64,000 nucleotides of DNA, taken from positions 146,761 to 210,760 of the forward strand of contig CAJXLF010000001.1 in assembly GCA_913055805.1 (NCBI GenBank). Direction: 5' to 3'. Positions 47,809-58,404 of this stretch are shown here, one piece after another. The translations under genes and the position numbers were made by a program. The notes below the pieces were generated by a model. The model worked only from the letters and a program-made list of their open reading frames with translations. It had not been told where the DNA came from and did not search any database. The DNA is from an uncultured Salinisphaerales bacterium. GTDB lineage: Bacteria > Pseudomonadota > Gammaproteobacteria > Nevskiales > CAJXLF01. The number at the start of each line of letters is the position of its first letter. Within the stretch, counting starts at the first letter, position 1.

Positions 47809-48753
47809 ATGAAATTCCTGCAAGCGTTCATCAGTAATCTTTACCGGGGCGGGGTCGATATAGCTCCCGAAGATTTTCAGGCTTGGGCCCTTAACGAACT
47901 CAAGGCCCTGATTCCTTTCGATGCGGCGGTCTGGGGCATGGGCAATGCCAAACGGGCCAAATTCCATAATGTCATGGTGCAGGGTCTGCCCAGCAGTTAC
48001 GCCGTCGCCATCGAACAGACCACGGCTATCAACCCCATCTACCCGGTGCTTTCGGGAAACATCGGCAAGGCGGCCACCATGGATGAGGTCTTTCCCGACG
48101 AAGAGTTCTATGCCTCGGAGTTGTATCACCGCACCTTCAACCCCTTCGGTGTGGAGCGCATCCTGTCCATCGGGCATGCTGATCCGCGCAGCGGACTTTA
48201 TACCCTGCTCAGTCTCTATCGCTTCGACCGTGCGCATCGTTTTACTCCGCAGGAAAAGGAGATTCACGAAGCGGCCAGCTATCATCTGGTGCAGGCCTAT
48301 TCGCATGTCTTCTTCCTGCATCTGACCCGGCCCAAGCCCAAGGAGCGGCACAAGGTATCGGCAGTGGTGGACCGCGAAGGTGTCCTGCATGAAACCGAGC
48401 CGGCCTTTCTGGATTTGCTGGAGAAGCATTTCCCGGACTGGACCGGTATGAAATTGCCGTTCGAGTTGAGCCCCGGCAACGAGCGTTATCTGGTAAATGA
48501 TTTATATATAAGTATGCGTCCCATCGCCGACCTGTACCTGGTGCGCATGCGCGAGCAGGGGCCGCTGGACGAATTGACACCACGGGAAAAGGAAGTGGTA
48601 TTTGCGGTTTGTCGTGGGTTGTCGCACAAGGAAATCGGACGCCAGCTGGGGCTTGCTCCGACCACTGTCTCCAGTCATCTTTACCGCGCCTACGGCAAGC
48701 TGGGCGTCGACAGCCGCAGCGCCCTGGCCAGACTGGTGCACAACCAGCACTGA
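47809..48753 (+). CDS. LuxR family transcriptional regulator (orphan, non-AHL-type N-domain)
   Basis: C-terminal [48 protein letters not shown]. Confidence 0.8.
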   Translation: MKFLQAFISNLYRGGVDIAPEDFQAWALNELKALIPFDAAVWGMGNAKRAKFHNVMVQGLPSSYAVAIEQTTAINPIYPVLSGNIGKAATMDEVFPDEEFYASELYHRTFNPFGVERILSIGHADPRSGLYTLLSLYRFDRAHRFTPQEKEIHEAASYHLVQAYSHVFFLHLTRPKPKERHKVSAVVDREGVLHETEPAFLDLLEKHFPDWTGMKLPFELSPGNERYLVNDLYISMRPIADLYLVRMREQGPLDELTPREKEVVFAVCRGLSHKEIGRQLGLAPTTVSSHLYRAYGKLGVDSRSALARLVHNQH

Positions 48754-48877
48754 GTATCGCCCTTACCCGCCGCCTTGCCTGAGCGGCTCCGGTAGTAGAA
48801 AATATGCGGCTCTCCGGCCTCGTGGGCAGTGCCTCGCGGGGCTTTTTCAGTACCATCGATTCCAGCCGGGAGCTGCG

Positions 48878-50908
48878 ATGCCACCCGAATCCGCCGCCGG
48901 GGCAGAGGCCCAAGTCACTCGTCAGACAAAGGCAAATGCCATTCGTGCATTGGCCATGGACGCCGTTCAGCAGGCCAAGTCCGGTCATCCTGGTATGCCC
49001 ATGGGCATGGCGGATATCGCCGAGGTTCTGTGGTCGGACTATATCCGTCATAACCCTTCGAACCCGCATTGGGTGGATCGCGATCGCTTTGTGGTTTCCA
49101 ACGGTCATGGCTCCATGCTGCTTTATGCCTTGTTGCATCTGACTGGCTACGACCTGCCGATGGAGGAGTTGAAGAACTTCCGCCAACTCGGTTCGAAGAC
49201 GCCGGGGCACCCTGAGTACGGCATGACCCCGGGTGTGGAAACCACCACCGGCCCGCTGGGCCAGGGTCTGGCCAATGCCGTGGGTATGGCGCTGGCAGAA
49301 CGTGTGCTGGCCGAGCATTTCAACTGTGATGGTTTCGATATCGTTGACCATTACACCTACGCATTTACCGGCGATGGTTGCCTCATGGAAGGCATCTCGC
49401 ATGAAGCCTGTTCTCTGGCCGGCACGCTGGGTCTGGGCAAGCTGGTTGTCTTTTACGACGACAACGGTATTTCCATCGACGGTCATGTGGCCGGCTGGTT
49501 CGGTGACGATACGCCGGCCCGCTTCGAAGCTTATGGCTGGCATGTGGTGCGTGATGTGGACGGCCATGATGCGAATGCTGTTAAGGCCGCCATTGAAGAA
49601 GCACGCGACGAAGCCTATAAACCCACCCTGATCTGCTGCAAGACCGTGATCGGTTTCGGCTCTCCCAATAAAGAGGGGACTGAAGGCGTGCATGGCGCGC
49701 CGCTGGGCGAGGAAGAAATCGCCGCCACCCGGCAGAAGATTGGCTGGCCGCATGCCGCGTTCGAGATTCCGCCGGATGTCTATGCCGACTGGGATGGACG
49801 TTCCGCAGGAGCGGAAGCGGAAACCGCCTGGCAGGAGCAGTTCGAGCGTTACGCCGAAAAGCATCCGGAGCTTGCGGCTGAATTCAGCCGCCGCATGAAA
49901 GGTGAGTTGCCTGCGGACTGGAGTCAGGCGATAGCCGACTATGTCGCCAGGACGCAGGATGAGGCGGCTACAGTGGCCACCCGCAAGGCCTCGCGTATGG
50001 CGCTGGACGCAGTGGCCAACGTGCTGCCGGAACTCATCGGTGGTTCGGCGGACCTGTCCGAGTCCAACTGTACCGACTTCACCGGTCACCGCACCATCCA
50101 GCCCGGTAATCTCGACGGCAACTATATCTACTATGGTGTCCGCGAATTCGGCATGAGCGGCATCATCAACGGCCTGTGCCTGCATGGCGGATTTGTGCCC
50201 TATGGGGGTACATTCCTGACCTTTTCCGACTATGCGCGCAACGCAGTACGCGTGGCGGCACTGATGGGGGCGGGCAGCATTTTTGTCTATACGCATGATT
50301 CCATCGCGTTGGGCGAGGACGGTCCCACCCATCAGCCGGTGGAGCATGTCGCCAGCTTGCGCCTGATGCCCAACCTGCATGTATGGCGACCAGGCGATGT
50401 GGTGGAAACGGCGGCCGCCTGGCGCGCAGCCGTTGAGCGTCGCAGCGGACCTTCCGCGCTGGCGCTGACGCGTCAGAACCTGGCCTGCCAGCCGCGTTCC
50501 GCGGATCAGGTCGAAGCTATCGCGCGTGGCGGTTACGTGCTGGTTGAGCCTGATGCGGCGCCCGAGGCGGTCATTATTGCCACCGGTTCGGAGGTAGCGA
50601 TTGCCGTGCAAGCGGCCGAGCAGTTGAATGGCGCCGGCAAGGCCGTGCGTGTGGTGTCCATGCCCTGCGTTGAAGTCTTCGAGCAGCAGGATGCGGATTA
50701 CCGCGAGCAGGTGTTGCCGGCCGCGCTCAAGGCCCGCGTGGCCGTGGAAGCGGGTTCAACAGCGGGCTGGTATCGCTGGGTCGGAGATGCCGGCCGCATT
50801 ATCGGGCTGGATCGTTATGGTGAATCGGCGCCGGGCGGTCAGGTATACGAGCATTTTGGTTTCACGGCTGACAATGTCGTCAACGCCGTGCAAGAAGTTT
50901 TGAACTGA
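48878..50908 (+). CDS. tkt: transketolase
   Basis: [29 protein letters not shown] and the TPP-binding [16 protein letters not shown] 48878 is preceded by GGGAG; the track extension from 48602 overlaps the LuxR gene. Confidence 0.95.
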   Translation: MPPESAAGAEAQVTRQTKANAIRALAMDAVQQAKSGHPGMPMGMADIAEVLWSDYIRHNPSNPHWVDRDRFVVSNGHGSMLLYALLHLTGYDLPMEELKNFRQLGSKTPGHPEYGMTPGVETTTGPLGQGLANAVGMALAERVLAEHFNCDGFDIVDHYTYAFTGDGCLMEGISHEACSLAGTLGLGKLVVFYDDNGISIDGHVAGWFGDDTPARFEAYGWHVVRDVDGHDANAVKAAIEEARDEAYKPTLICCKTVIGFGSPNKEGTEGVHGAPLGEEEIAATRQKIGWPHAAFEIPPDVYADWDGRSAGAEAETAWQEQFERYAEKHPELAAEFSRRMKGELPADWSQAIADYVARTQDEAATVATRKASRMALDAVANVLPELIGGSADLSESNCTDFTGHRTIQPGNLDGNYIYYGVREFGMSGIINGLCLHGGFVPYGGTFLTFSDYARNAVRVAALMGAGSIFVYTHDSIALGEDGPTHQPVEHVASLRLMPNLHVWRPGDVVETAAAWRAAVERRSGPSALALTRQNLACQPRSADQVEAIARGGYVLVEPDAAPEAVIIATGSEVAIAVQAAEQLNGAGKAVRVVSMPCVEVFEQQDADYREQVLPAALKARVAVEAGSTAGWYRWVGDAGRIIGLDRYGESAPGGQVYEHFGFTADNVVNAVQEVLN

Positions 50909-50933
50909 TAGAGACGAAACGAGGAATAGAACT

Positions 50934-51947
50934 ATGGCAGTCAAGGTTGCGATCAACGGTTTTGGACGCATTGGCCGTAACGTGTTGCGTGCGCTGTATG
51001 AATCAGGCCGCACCAGCGAAATCCAGATTGTGGCAATCAATGATCTGGGCGATGCCAACACCAACGCCCACCTGACCCGCTACGACACCGTGCATGGCCG
51101 TTTCAACGGCACTGTCGAGGTGGACGGCGATCATATGGTGGTCAACGGCGACCGCATCAAGGTGCTGGCCCAGCGCGATCCGGCCCAGTTGCCCTGGGGT
51201 GAGCTGGGTGTCGATGTGGTGATGGAATGCACCGGCTTTTTCGCCAGCCGTGACAAGGCCTCGGCCCATCTGCAGGGCGGCGCCAAGAAAGTGGTGGTCT
51301 CGCAGCCCGCCGGTAACGACGTCAAGACCATCGTCTACGGCGTTAACCACGGCACGCTGACTGCAGACGATGACATCATCTCCAACGCTTCCTGCACCAC
51401 CAATTGTCTGGCCCCGCTGGTCAAACCGTTGCAGGAAAAGATTGGTGTGGTGACCGGTCTGATGACCACAGTGCACGCCTACACCAACGACCAGGTGCTG
51501 ACCGATGTGTATCACTCCGACCTGCGTCGTGCCCGTTCCGCTACCCAGTCCATGATCCCGACCAAGACCGGCGCGGCCGCCGCGGTGGGTCTGGTGTTGC
51601 CGGAGCTGAATGGCAAGCTGGACGGATTCTCCGTGCGCGTGCCGACCATCAATGTGTCACTGGTGGACCTGAGTTTCACGGCAGCCCGTGAAACCAGCGT
51701 GGAAGAAATCCACAGCATCATGAAGGAAGCCTCGGAGGGCGAGCTCAAGGGTGTGCTGGCCTACACCAACGAACCGCTGGTCTCCATGGACTTCAACCAT
51801 GACCCCGCTTCCTCGACCTATGACGAAAGCATGACCAAGGTCGGCGCCAATGGCACGCTGGTCAAGGTCTGCTCCTGGTATGACAATGAGTGGGGCTTCA
51901 GTAACCGCATGCTGGATACCACGCTGGCACTGATGAACGCAGCCTAG
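50934..51947 (+). CDS. gap: type I glyceraldehyde-3-phosphate dehydrogenase
   Basis: [10 protein letters not shown]-terminus and active site [12 protein letters not shown]. Confidence 0.95.
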   Translation: MAVKVAINGFGRIGRNVLRALYESGRTSEIQIVAINDLGDANTNAHLTRYDTVHGRFNGTVEVDGDHMVVNGDRIKVLAQRDPAQLPWGELGVDVVMECTGFFASRDKASAHLQGGAKKVVVSQPAGNDVKTIVYGVNHGTLTADDDIISNASCTTNCLAPLVKPLQEKIGVVTGLMTTVHAYTNDQVLTDVYHSDLRRARSATQSMIPTKTGAAAAVGLVLPELNGKLDGFSVRVPTINVSLVDLSFTAARETSVEEIHSIMKEASEGELKGVLAYTNEPLVSMDFNHDPASSTYDESMTKVGANGTLVKVCSWYDNEWGFSNRMLDTTLALMNAA

Positions 51948-51976
51948 GCTGCGTTCTTTCCCGCCCGGGGTTCGCC

Positions 51977-53155
51977 ATGACCGTCCTGAAAATGACCGAC
52001 CTGGATCTGGCCGGTAAGCGCCTGCTTATTCGTCAGGATCTGAACGTGCCGATCATGAACGGCCGCATCACTTCCGATGCGCGTCTGCGTGCGGCATTGC
52101 CGACGATTGAATATGCCCTGGAAAAGGGTGCGTCGGTGTTGATCATTTCTCACCTGGGCCGGCCCAAAGCGGGCAAGCTCAATCCCGAGCAGTCGCTGAC
52201 GCCGGTGGCTTCCTGGTACAGCGATGCGCTGGAACGCACCGTGCCGCTGGTGACCAACTGGATTGACGGTGTGGACATGGAGCCCGGCCAGGTATATCTC
52301 GGCGAGAACACCCGTTTTCTGGCGGGCGAACGTGACAACGACGATGCTCTGGCGCGGAAGATGGCGGCGCTGTGCGATATCTATGTGATGGACGCCTTCG
52401 GCACCGCACATCGCGCCGAGGCTTCCACCCATGGTGTGGCGAAGTATGCGCCGGTGGCCTGTGCGGGTCCGTTGCTGGCGGCGGAGCTTGAGGCCCTGGG
52501 CAAGGCGCTGGCCGAACCGAAGCGTCCGCTGGCCGTGATTGTCGGCGGTTCCAAGGTGTCCACCAAGCTCGATCTGCTTAACAACCTGGCTGATGTCGCC
52601 GACCAGCTGATTATCGGTGGTGGCATCGCCAATACCTTCCTGGCGGCTGCTGGCCATAACGTGGGCAACTCCCTCTACGAAGCGGATATGGTGGATACCG
52701 CCAATGAAATTCTGGCGAAAATCCGTGCCCGAGGTGGGGATATACCTCTGCCGATGGATGTGGTCTGTGCCTCGGAGTTTTCACCCGAAGCGCATCCGGA
52801 AGTGCGCCCGGTGAATGAAGTCGAAAGCGACGAAATGATTCTTGACATTGGTCCCAAGACGGCCAAGACCCTGGCAGGGTTGCTCAAGGATGCCGGCACC
52901 ATCGTCTGGAACGGCCCGGTAGGTGTGTTTGAGTACGACAGTTTTGCCGGTGGCACCGAGGCGCTGGCCGACGCCATTGCCAACAGTAACGCCTTTTCTA
53001 TCGCCGGCGGTGGTGACACCCTGGCGGCTATCGACAAGTTCGGCGTGGCCGACAAGATCGGCTATATCTCCACCGGCGGCGGCGCTTTCCTGGAATTCCT
53101 GGAGGGCAAGAAGCTGCCGGCAGTCGCCGTGCTTGAAGAAAGAGCGGAAGCTTGA
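51977..53155 (+). CDS. pgk: phosphoglycerate kinase
   Basis: RQDLNVP, SHLGRP and [14 protein letters not shown] motifs. Confidence 0.95.
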   Translation: MTVLKMTDLDLAGKRLLIRQDLNVPIMNGRITSDARLRAALPTIEYALEKGASVLIISHLGRPKAGKLNPEQSLTPVASWYSDALERTVPLVTNWIDGVDMEPGQVYLGENTRFLAGERDNDDALARKMAALCDIYVMDAFGTAHRAEASTHGVAKYAPVACAGPLLAAELEALGKALAEPKRPLAVIVGGSKVSTKLDLLNNLADVADQLIIGGGIANTFLAAAGHNVGNSLYEADMVDTANEILAKIRARGGDIPLPMDVVCASEFSPEAHPEVRPVNEVESDEMILDIGPKTAKTLAGLLKDAGTIVWNGPVGVFEYDSFAGGTEALADAIANSNAFSIAGGGDTLAAIDKFGVADKIGYISTGGGAFLEFLEGKKLPAVAVLEERAEA

Positions 53156-53208
53156 CTCTGTAGTTAACTACAGGTGCTATTTTGCTCCTGCAGTTGCAGG
53201 AGTGAATC

Positions 53209-53553
53209 ATGCGCAGAGCTTTACGTCAGGCATTTGAAGCCGAGCTGAAGCAAGGTTATGCAGCCATGCATTCGGCTGATTGTCCCCGGGCCTACCATCA
53301 TTTCGAGCGTGCCCATGTGCTGGGTCAGCGTTGGGTGGTTCCGCATACCCGCAGCCACTGGGCGTTTCTGACCTGGGCCTGGCAATGCCGAGACCTGCGT
53401 GAAATGGCCGGTCAGTTACTCAGGATTCCGGCAGGTATGCTGGGTTCGGCCCTGGGCTGGGTGCCGCTTGGTAATACCGGAGGCGCCCGCGTCAGCGCCA
53501 TTAAATCGATGCCGGTGCCTGAAGATCTGAAATCCCTGTTGCAAGGCCGATGA
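53209..53553 (+). CDS. DUF3703 domain protein
   Basis: HFERAHVLGQ...HTRSHWAFL pattern typical of DUF3703. ATGA overlap with the downstream CDF transporter. Confidence 0.65.
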   Translation: MRRALRQAFEAELKQGYAAMHSADCPRAYHHFERAHVLGQRWVVPHTRSHWAFLTWAWQCRDLREMAGQLLRIPAGMLGSALGWVPLGNTGGARVSAIKSMPVPEDLKSLLQGR

Positions 53554-54167
53554 ACGATTGTTGCGATAAAAGCTGTGAAGTCGAGGCCTTGCACAAGCGG
53601 CACAGCGCCGTTCTGAAGTGGGTGCTGGTTATTAATGCGGTGATGTTTGCCGTCATGGTGGCCGCGGCGCTCTACGCCGATTCCTCGGCTTTGTTGTCCG
53701 ACAGTCTCGATAACCTGGGGGATGCGCTGACCTATGGGTTGAGCCTGTGGGCCGTGAGCATGGGCGCGCGTGCCAAAGCGCAGGTGGCCTTGTTCAAGGG
53801 CCTGCTGATTCTGGCAGCAGCGTTGGTGGTGCTGGCCCAGATCGGATACCGGCTGGCCTATCCAGCTGTCCCCCTGTTCGAGGCCATGGGTCTTTTCAGT
53901 CTGTTGGCTCTGGCCGCCAACAGCCTGTGTTTTGCGCTGTTGTGGAAGCACCGCAGCGACGACGTCAACATGAGCTCGGTGTGGGAATGCTCGCGTAATG
54001 ACATTGCCGCCAACCTGGCCGTTTTCGTAGCGGCCGGCGGGGTATGGCTGACCAACGCCGCCTGGCCGGATCTGCTGGTTGCGGGCGGATTGCTGCTGTT
54101 GTTCCTGCGCTCATCTTTCAGAGTGCTGCGCTCGGCAATGGCCGAGTTAGACCGGAGTAAAGCATAG
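53550..54167 (+). CDS. cation diffusion facilitator family transporter (membrane domain only)
   Basis: Cys-rich N-terminus MNDCCDKSC and six TM helices with DSLDNLGDA, typical of CDF. No C-terminal cytoplasmic domain. Confidence 0.8.
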   Translation: MNDCCDKSCEVEALHKRHSAVLKWVLVINAVMFAVMVAAALYADSSALLSDSLDNLGDALTYGLSLWAVSMGARAKAQVALFKGLLILAAALVVLAQIGYRLAYPAVPLFEAMGLFSLLALAANSLCFALLWKHRSDDVNMSSVWECSRNDIAANLAVFVAAGGVWLTNAAWPDLLVAGGLLLLFLRSSFRVLRSAMAELDRSKA

Positions 54168-54207
54168 AAAAGGCGCCCGGGACGGGCGCCTTTTGCCGGC
54201 TATCGTT

Positions 54208-54561
54208 TCATGCCGCGTTGCGTGCTGCTTCTGTTCCGGTTTCGAATGGCAGGCCGGCGCCTTCCCAGTCTTCCTTGCCCTCCACATATTCATGCACATT
54301 GCGGTAACCCAGACGATCCAGGGTATCGGCTGCGATAGCCGAATTGCGGCAGCCGGTACTGGCGCAGTACACGACAATAAAGGCCGACTTGTCCGGCAGG
54401 CGTTCCGCAGCCCGCTCCTCGATTTCATCGTGCGGGATATTGATGGCGCCGGGCAGGTGCCTGTCCTGGTAGTAACGGGCGGGCAGGGCCTCGACCAGGG
54501 TCATGGCTTCGCCACTTTCCAGCCGGCGCTGGATCTCTTCACGTTGGATAGTCTCGAACAT
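54208..54561 (-). CDS. rhodanese-like domain protein
   Basis: Active-site loop VVYCASTGCRNS. ATG 54561 is preceded by AAGGAG with 6-nt spacing. Confidence 0.8.
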   Translation of the reverse strand: MFETIQREEIQRRLESGEAMTLVEALPARYYQDRHLPGAINIPHDEIEERAAERLPDKSAFIVVYCASTGCRNSAIAADTLDRLGYRNVHEYVEGKEDWEGAGLPFETGTEAARNAA

Positions 54562-54590
54562 CACATGCTCCTTCGGGTGGAAGTAAAGTA

Positions 54591-54641
54591 GTTGCAAGTG
54601 CAACAAAAATTAACATACCGGTTATTTGTTGCATTTGCAAC
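54591..54641. promoter_or_regulatory. two 14-bp palindromic boxes GTTGCAnnTGCAAC, putative MarR operators
   Basis: GTTGCAAGTGCAAC at 54591-54604 and GTTGCATTTGCAAC at 54628-54641. Centres are 37 bp apart, in the divergent rhodanese/MarR intergenic region. Confidence 0.5.
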
Positions 54642-54663
54642 TATATGGTCTTAAGCTGAGGTC

Positions 54664-55095
54664 ATGAAGGAAATACCCGATGCCAAGATTCAGGCCTGGG
54701 CGCGTCTGATTCGGGCCCAGCGTGTTTTGCTGGAGCGCGTGGAGCAGCGGCTGAAAGACGCCGGTATGCCGCCCTTGGCCTGGTATGACGTGCTGCTGGA
54801 ACTGGACCGTGGCAACGAGGGGTTGCGCCAGTACGAAATCGGCGAACGCATTCTGCTCAGCAAGCACAATCTGTCACGCCTGCTGGACCGGATGGAGAAG
54901 GAGGGCATGCTGCAGCGCCGTCCCTGTCCGGAGGACGGTCGCGGCAGTGTGGTCAGCATCACTGCGGAAGGCAGGAAGCTGCGCCGCCGCATGTGGCCGG
55001 AGTATGCGGCCGCCATCGATGAGGTCTTCGCCGGCAAGATTACGGCCGCGCAGGCGGGGGAATTCTCGAATACCCTGCAACGTCTGCTGGACTGA
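54664..55095 (+). CDS. MarR family transcriptional regulator
   Basis: Winged-helix region (LRQYEIGERILLSKHNLSRLLDRMEKEGMLQRRPCPEDGRGSVVSITAEG). Confidence 0.85.
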   Translation: MKEIPDAKIQAWARLIRAQRVLLERVEQRLKDAGMPPLAWYDVLLELDRGNEGLRQYEIGERILLSKHNLSRLLDRMEKEGMLQRRPCPEDGRGSVVSITAEGRKLRRRMWPEYAAAIDEVFAGKITAAQAGEFSNTLQRLLD

Positions 55096-55160
55096 ATTGC
55101 CCCGCCAGCTGTGCGAAAATGACCTGATCCGTACAGAAACCACACAATTAGGCAGACATC

Positions 55161-56003
55161 ATGCGTTTTGAAGGTTCCAAGAATTACGTCGCCACCGACG
55201 ATCTGAAAATGGCGGTGAACGCCGCCGCCACCCTGGAGCGGCCGCTGCTGGTCAAGGGCGAGCCGGGTACCGGCAAGACCCGGTTGGCCGAGGAAGTGGC
55301 TCAGGCGTTGGGCAAGCCGTTCTTCGAATGGCACATCAAGTCCACCAGCAAGGCCCAGCAGGGGCTGTATGAATACGATGCGGTGTCGCGCCTGCGCGAC
55401 TCGCAGCTGGGTGAGGAAAAGGTGCATGACATCGCCAACTACATCGTCAAGGGGCCGTTGTGGGAATGCTTTAACTGTGACGAGCAGCCAGTGCTGCTGA
55501 TCGACGAAATCGACAAGGCCGATATCGAGTTTCCGAACGACCTGCTGCGTGAGCTGGACCGCATGGAGTTCTACGTCTACGAGACGCATGAAACCATCCA
55601 GGCCAGGCACCGCCCGATCATTATCATCACCTCGAACAACGAGAAGGAACTGCCGGATGCCTTCCTGCGCCGCTGCTTCTTCCACTACATCAGCTTCCCG
55701 GACAAGGACACCATGAAGGACATCGTGGATGTGCACTTCCCGGACATCAAGAAGAACCTGCTGTCCGAGGCGCTGAACGTGTTCTTCGATCTGCGTGAAC
55801 TGCCGGGCCTGAAGAAGAAGCCCTCCACTTCGGAGCTGCTGGACTGGCTCAAGCTGTTGCTGGCCGAGGACATCCCGCCCGACGCATTGAAGGAAACCGA
55901 CGTCAAGAAGTCCCTGCCGCCGCTGTACGGCGCCCTGCTGAAGAACGAGCAGGATGTGCATATGTTCGAAAGACTGGCCTTCCTGGCAAGAAGAGAAGCC
56001 TAG
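55161..56003 (+). CDS. MoxR-like AAA+ ATPase
   Basis: Walker A GEPGTGKT, Walker B LLIDEIDKA, AAA_5/MoxR architecture; 280 aa. Confidence 0.85.
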   Translation: MRFEGSKNYVATDDLKMAVNAAATLERPLLVKGEPGTGKTRLAEEVAQALGKPFFEWHIKSTSKAQQGLYEYDAVSRLRDSQLGEEKVHDIANYIVKGPLWECFNCDEQPVLLIDEIDKADIEFPNDLLRELDRMEFYVYETHETIQARHRPIIIITSNNEKELPDAFLRRCFFHYISFPDKDTMKDIVDVHFPDIKKNLLSEALNVFFDLRELPGLKKKPSTSELLDWLKLLLAEDIPPDALKETDVKKSLPPLYGALLKNEQDVHMFERLAFLARREA

Positions 56004-56009
56004 GCCCCC

Positions 56010-57188
56010 ATGCTGATTCCGTTTTTCTACGAGCTCAAGGATGCCGGCCTCAAGGTCAGCATCACCGAGTTCCTGACCCTGCTGGAAGCGCTGGACAAGC
56101 GTGTCGCCAGCCTGTCGATTGACGACTTCTACTATCTGTCGCGCACCTCGCTGGTCAAGGACGAGAGCAAGTACGATCTGTTCGACCGTGTGTTCGGCCA
56201 TTACTTCAAGGGCATCGAAGACAGCTTCGAGCAGATGGGTTTCGAAATTCCGGCCGACTGGCTGGAGAAAATGAAGGAACTCAATCTGACCAGGGAAGAG
56301 CTGGACAAGCTGCAGGCCATGGGCGGGCTGGACGAGCTGATGGAGCAGTTCAGAAAGCGCATGGAGGAACAGAAGGAGCGCCACGAAGGCGGCAACAAGT
56401 GGATCGGCACCGGCGGCACTTCGCCGTTCGGCGCCTATGGCGCCAACCCCATGGGTATCCGCATCGGCCAGGACGGCGGGCGCATGCGGTCGGCGGTCAA
56501 GGTCTGGGACAAGCGCGAATACAAGAACCTCGACGACAGCCGCGAACTGGGCACCCGTAACATCAAGGTGGCGCTGCGCCGCCTGCGCCGGTTCGCCCGT
56601 GAAGGCGCGGCGGACATCCTGGATCTGGACGACACCATCCAGAGCACAGCCAGGAACGCCGGCTACCTGGATATCAAGATGATTCCCGAGCGGCACAACG
56701 CCGTGAAGGTGCTGTTGTTCTTCGACATCGGCGGCTCCATGGATCCGCATATCAAGGTCTGTGAGGAGCTGTTCTCGGCCGCGCGCACCGAGTTCAAGCA
56801 CATGGAGTATTTCTACTTCCACAACTTCCTCTATGAATACGTGTGGAAGGACAACCACCGCCGCCATAGCGAGAAGCTCAAGACCTTCGACGTGCTGCAC
56901 AAGTACGGTAGCGACTACAAGGTGATCTTCGTGGGCGATGCCACCATGAGTCCCTACGAGATCACCTATCCCGGCGGCAGTGTCGAGCACTGGAACGAGG
57001 AGGCCGGCGCCGTCTGGCTCAAGCGCGTGCTGGACGTCTACGAAAAGGCCATCTGGCTGAACCCCGAGCAGGAGCGTCACTGGGAATACACGCCCTCCAT
57101 TGAAATCACCCGCGAACTGATGGGCGACCGCATGTTCCCGCTGACCATTGAGGGTCTGGACCGGGGCATGCGCAAACTGACGCGATAA
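56010..57188 (+). CDS. VWA domain-containing CoxE-like protein
   Basis: N-terminal region typical of the CoxE/VWA partners of MoxR ATPases. C-terminal VWA with a MIDAS-like FFDIGGSM. Confidence 0.8.
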   Translation: MLIPFFYELKDAGLKVSITEFLTLLEALDKRVASLSIDDFYYLSRTSLVKDESKYDLFDRVFGHYFKGIEDSFEQMGFEIPADWLEKMKELNLTREELDKLQAMGGLDELMEQFRKRMEEQKERHEGGNKWIGTGGTSPFGAYGANPMGIRIGQDGGRMRSAVKVWDKREYKNLDDSRELGTRNIKVALRRLRRFAREGAADILDLDDTIQSTARNAGYLDIKMIPERHNAVKVLLFFDIGGSMDPHIKVCEELFSAARTEFKHMEYFYFHNFLYEYVWKDNHRRHSEKLKTFDVLHKYGSDYKVIFVGDATMSPYEITYPGGSVEHWNEEAGAVWLKRVLDVYEKAIWLNPEQERHWEYTPSIEITRELMGDRMFPLTIEGLDRGMRKLTR

Positions 57189-57298
57189 AGCGGATTACCG
57201 ACGGCAATTAAAATCCTGACCGAGCGGTCAGTATGGGCTAGAGTAGTTCGCACAATGTTTGTACAACAACCGTCACAAGTCGGCTAAAGGAGGCAATC

Positions 57299-57721
57299 AT
57301 GGAATTTGAACTCAATCCAACGATCGGGGCGCTACTGGGTTTTGCGGCAGTCACCATCGTACTGGTGGCGCTGGTCGTATCTTACCGAGTGGTGCTGGTG
57401 CTCACTGGCGCGAAAAAGGCGGATGAGTTTCCGCGCCGCGGCTACGAGCCCCCGGCGTTCATTCAGCGCATGACCGATGCGCATATGAACTGTGTTGAAA
57501 ACCTGCCGCTGGTGGCGGCGGTTGTGCTGGCCGCTGTAGCAACCGGTCAGACGGCAGTGACTGACCCGCTGGCCTGCTATCTGTTGTATGCGCGCATCGC
57601 CCAGTCCGCCGTGCATTCCATCGCAGTCAATCACTGGATGGTACTCATTCGGGCTACGTTTTATACCGTGCAGATTGGTATCCTAGTGTGGTGGATACTG
57701 AAACTGGCACATCTGATCTAG
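57299..57721 (+). CDS. MAPEG family membrane protein
   Basis: About 140 aa, four TM helices, HMNCVENLP motif resembling MAPEG. Confidence 0.65.
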   Translation: MEFELNPTIGALLGFAAVTIVLVALVVSYRVVLVLTGAKKADEFPRRGYEPPAFIQRMTDAHMNCVENLPLVAAVVLAAVATGQTAVTDPLACYLLYARIAQSAVHSIAVNHWMVLIRATFYTVQIGILVWWILKLAHLI

Positions 57722-58404
57722 AAAACATCGACAGGCCCAGGCCGGGTGTCAAACGACTCCTGGCCTGGGGCTTGTTTGCAGGACTTGGGCTGTTGCTTTG
57801 TGTGGCGGCCTTTTGTTTTGCCGCCAACCAGCGCGTAATCAACAGCGCGCAACCCTTCGTGATCGAGCAGATCGCCGATCTGCCGGTCAACGATGTCGGT
57901 CTGGTACTGGGGACCAGCACCTATACCCGCTCAGGGGCCAATAACCGTCTTTTCAATACCCGCATGTGGGCGGCAGTGAATCTCTACAACCTGGGCAAGG
58001 TGCGCCATATTCTGGTCAGCGGCGCCAATCCCGACGAGACCTATAACGAGCCGCGCAAGATGTACCGGGCGCTGGTGCGCAACGGCGTGCCTGAAGAGGC
58101 CATCACCATGGACTTTGCCGGCTTCCGCACTCTGGATTCCGTTGTGCGTGCCCACGAAGTGTTTGGTCAGGACAGCTACACCGTCATTTCCCAGAAATTC
58201 CACGACTACCGGGCCGTCTATCTGGCGCGTCAGAAGGGTCTCGACGTTGTGGCCTACGCCGTGCCGGAGGAAGAGCCGGGGCAGAACTTCCGCACCTACG
58301 CGCGCGAGTTCTTCGCGCGCATCCGCGCAGTGCTGGATGTACATGTGCTCAACGCCCGGCCGCGTTATCTGGGCGAGCCGGTCCTGATTGAAATCGACGG
58401 CTGA
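57688..58404 (+). CDS. SanA/YdcF (DUF218) family protein
   Basis: GLVLGTS...NRLFNTRMWAAVNLYNLGKVRHILVSGAN...EPRKMYRALVRNGVP...DFAGFRTLDS matches SanA. Start uncertain: GTG 57688 overlaps the MAPEG gene. Confidence 0.8.
   Translation: MVDTETGTSDLENIDRPRPGVKRLLAWGLFAGLGLLLCVAAFCFAANQRVINSAQPFVIEQIADLPVNDVGLVLGTSTYTRSGANNRLFNTRMWAAVNLYNLGKVRHILVSGANPDETYNEPRKMYRALVRNGVPEEAITMDFAGFRTLDSVVRAHEVFGQDSYTVISQKFHDYRAVYLARQKGLDVVAYAVPEEEPGQNFRTYAREFFARIRAVLDVHVLNARPRYLGEPVLIEIDG

Noticed and set aside
48242-50611. 789-aa ORF on the minus strand
   Set aside because: It is antisense to transketolase and has shadow-ORF composition (Arg/Gly/His-rich). No recognisable family.
54690-57080. 796-aa ORF on the minus strand
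   Set aside because: It is antisense to the MarR, MoxR ATPase and VWA genes, all of which have clear motifs on the plus strand. Its repetitive Leu/Val/Gln/His composition indicates a non-coding shadow.
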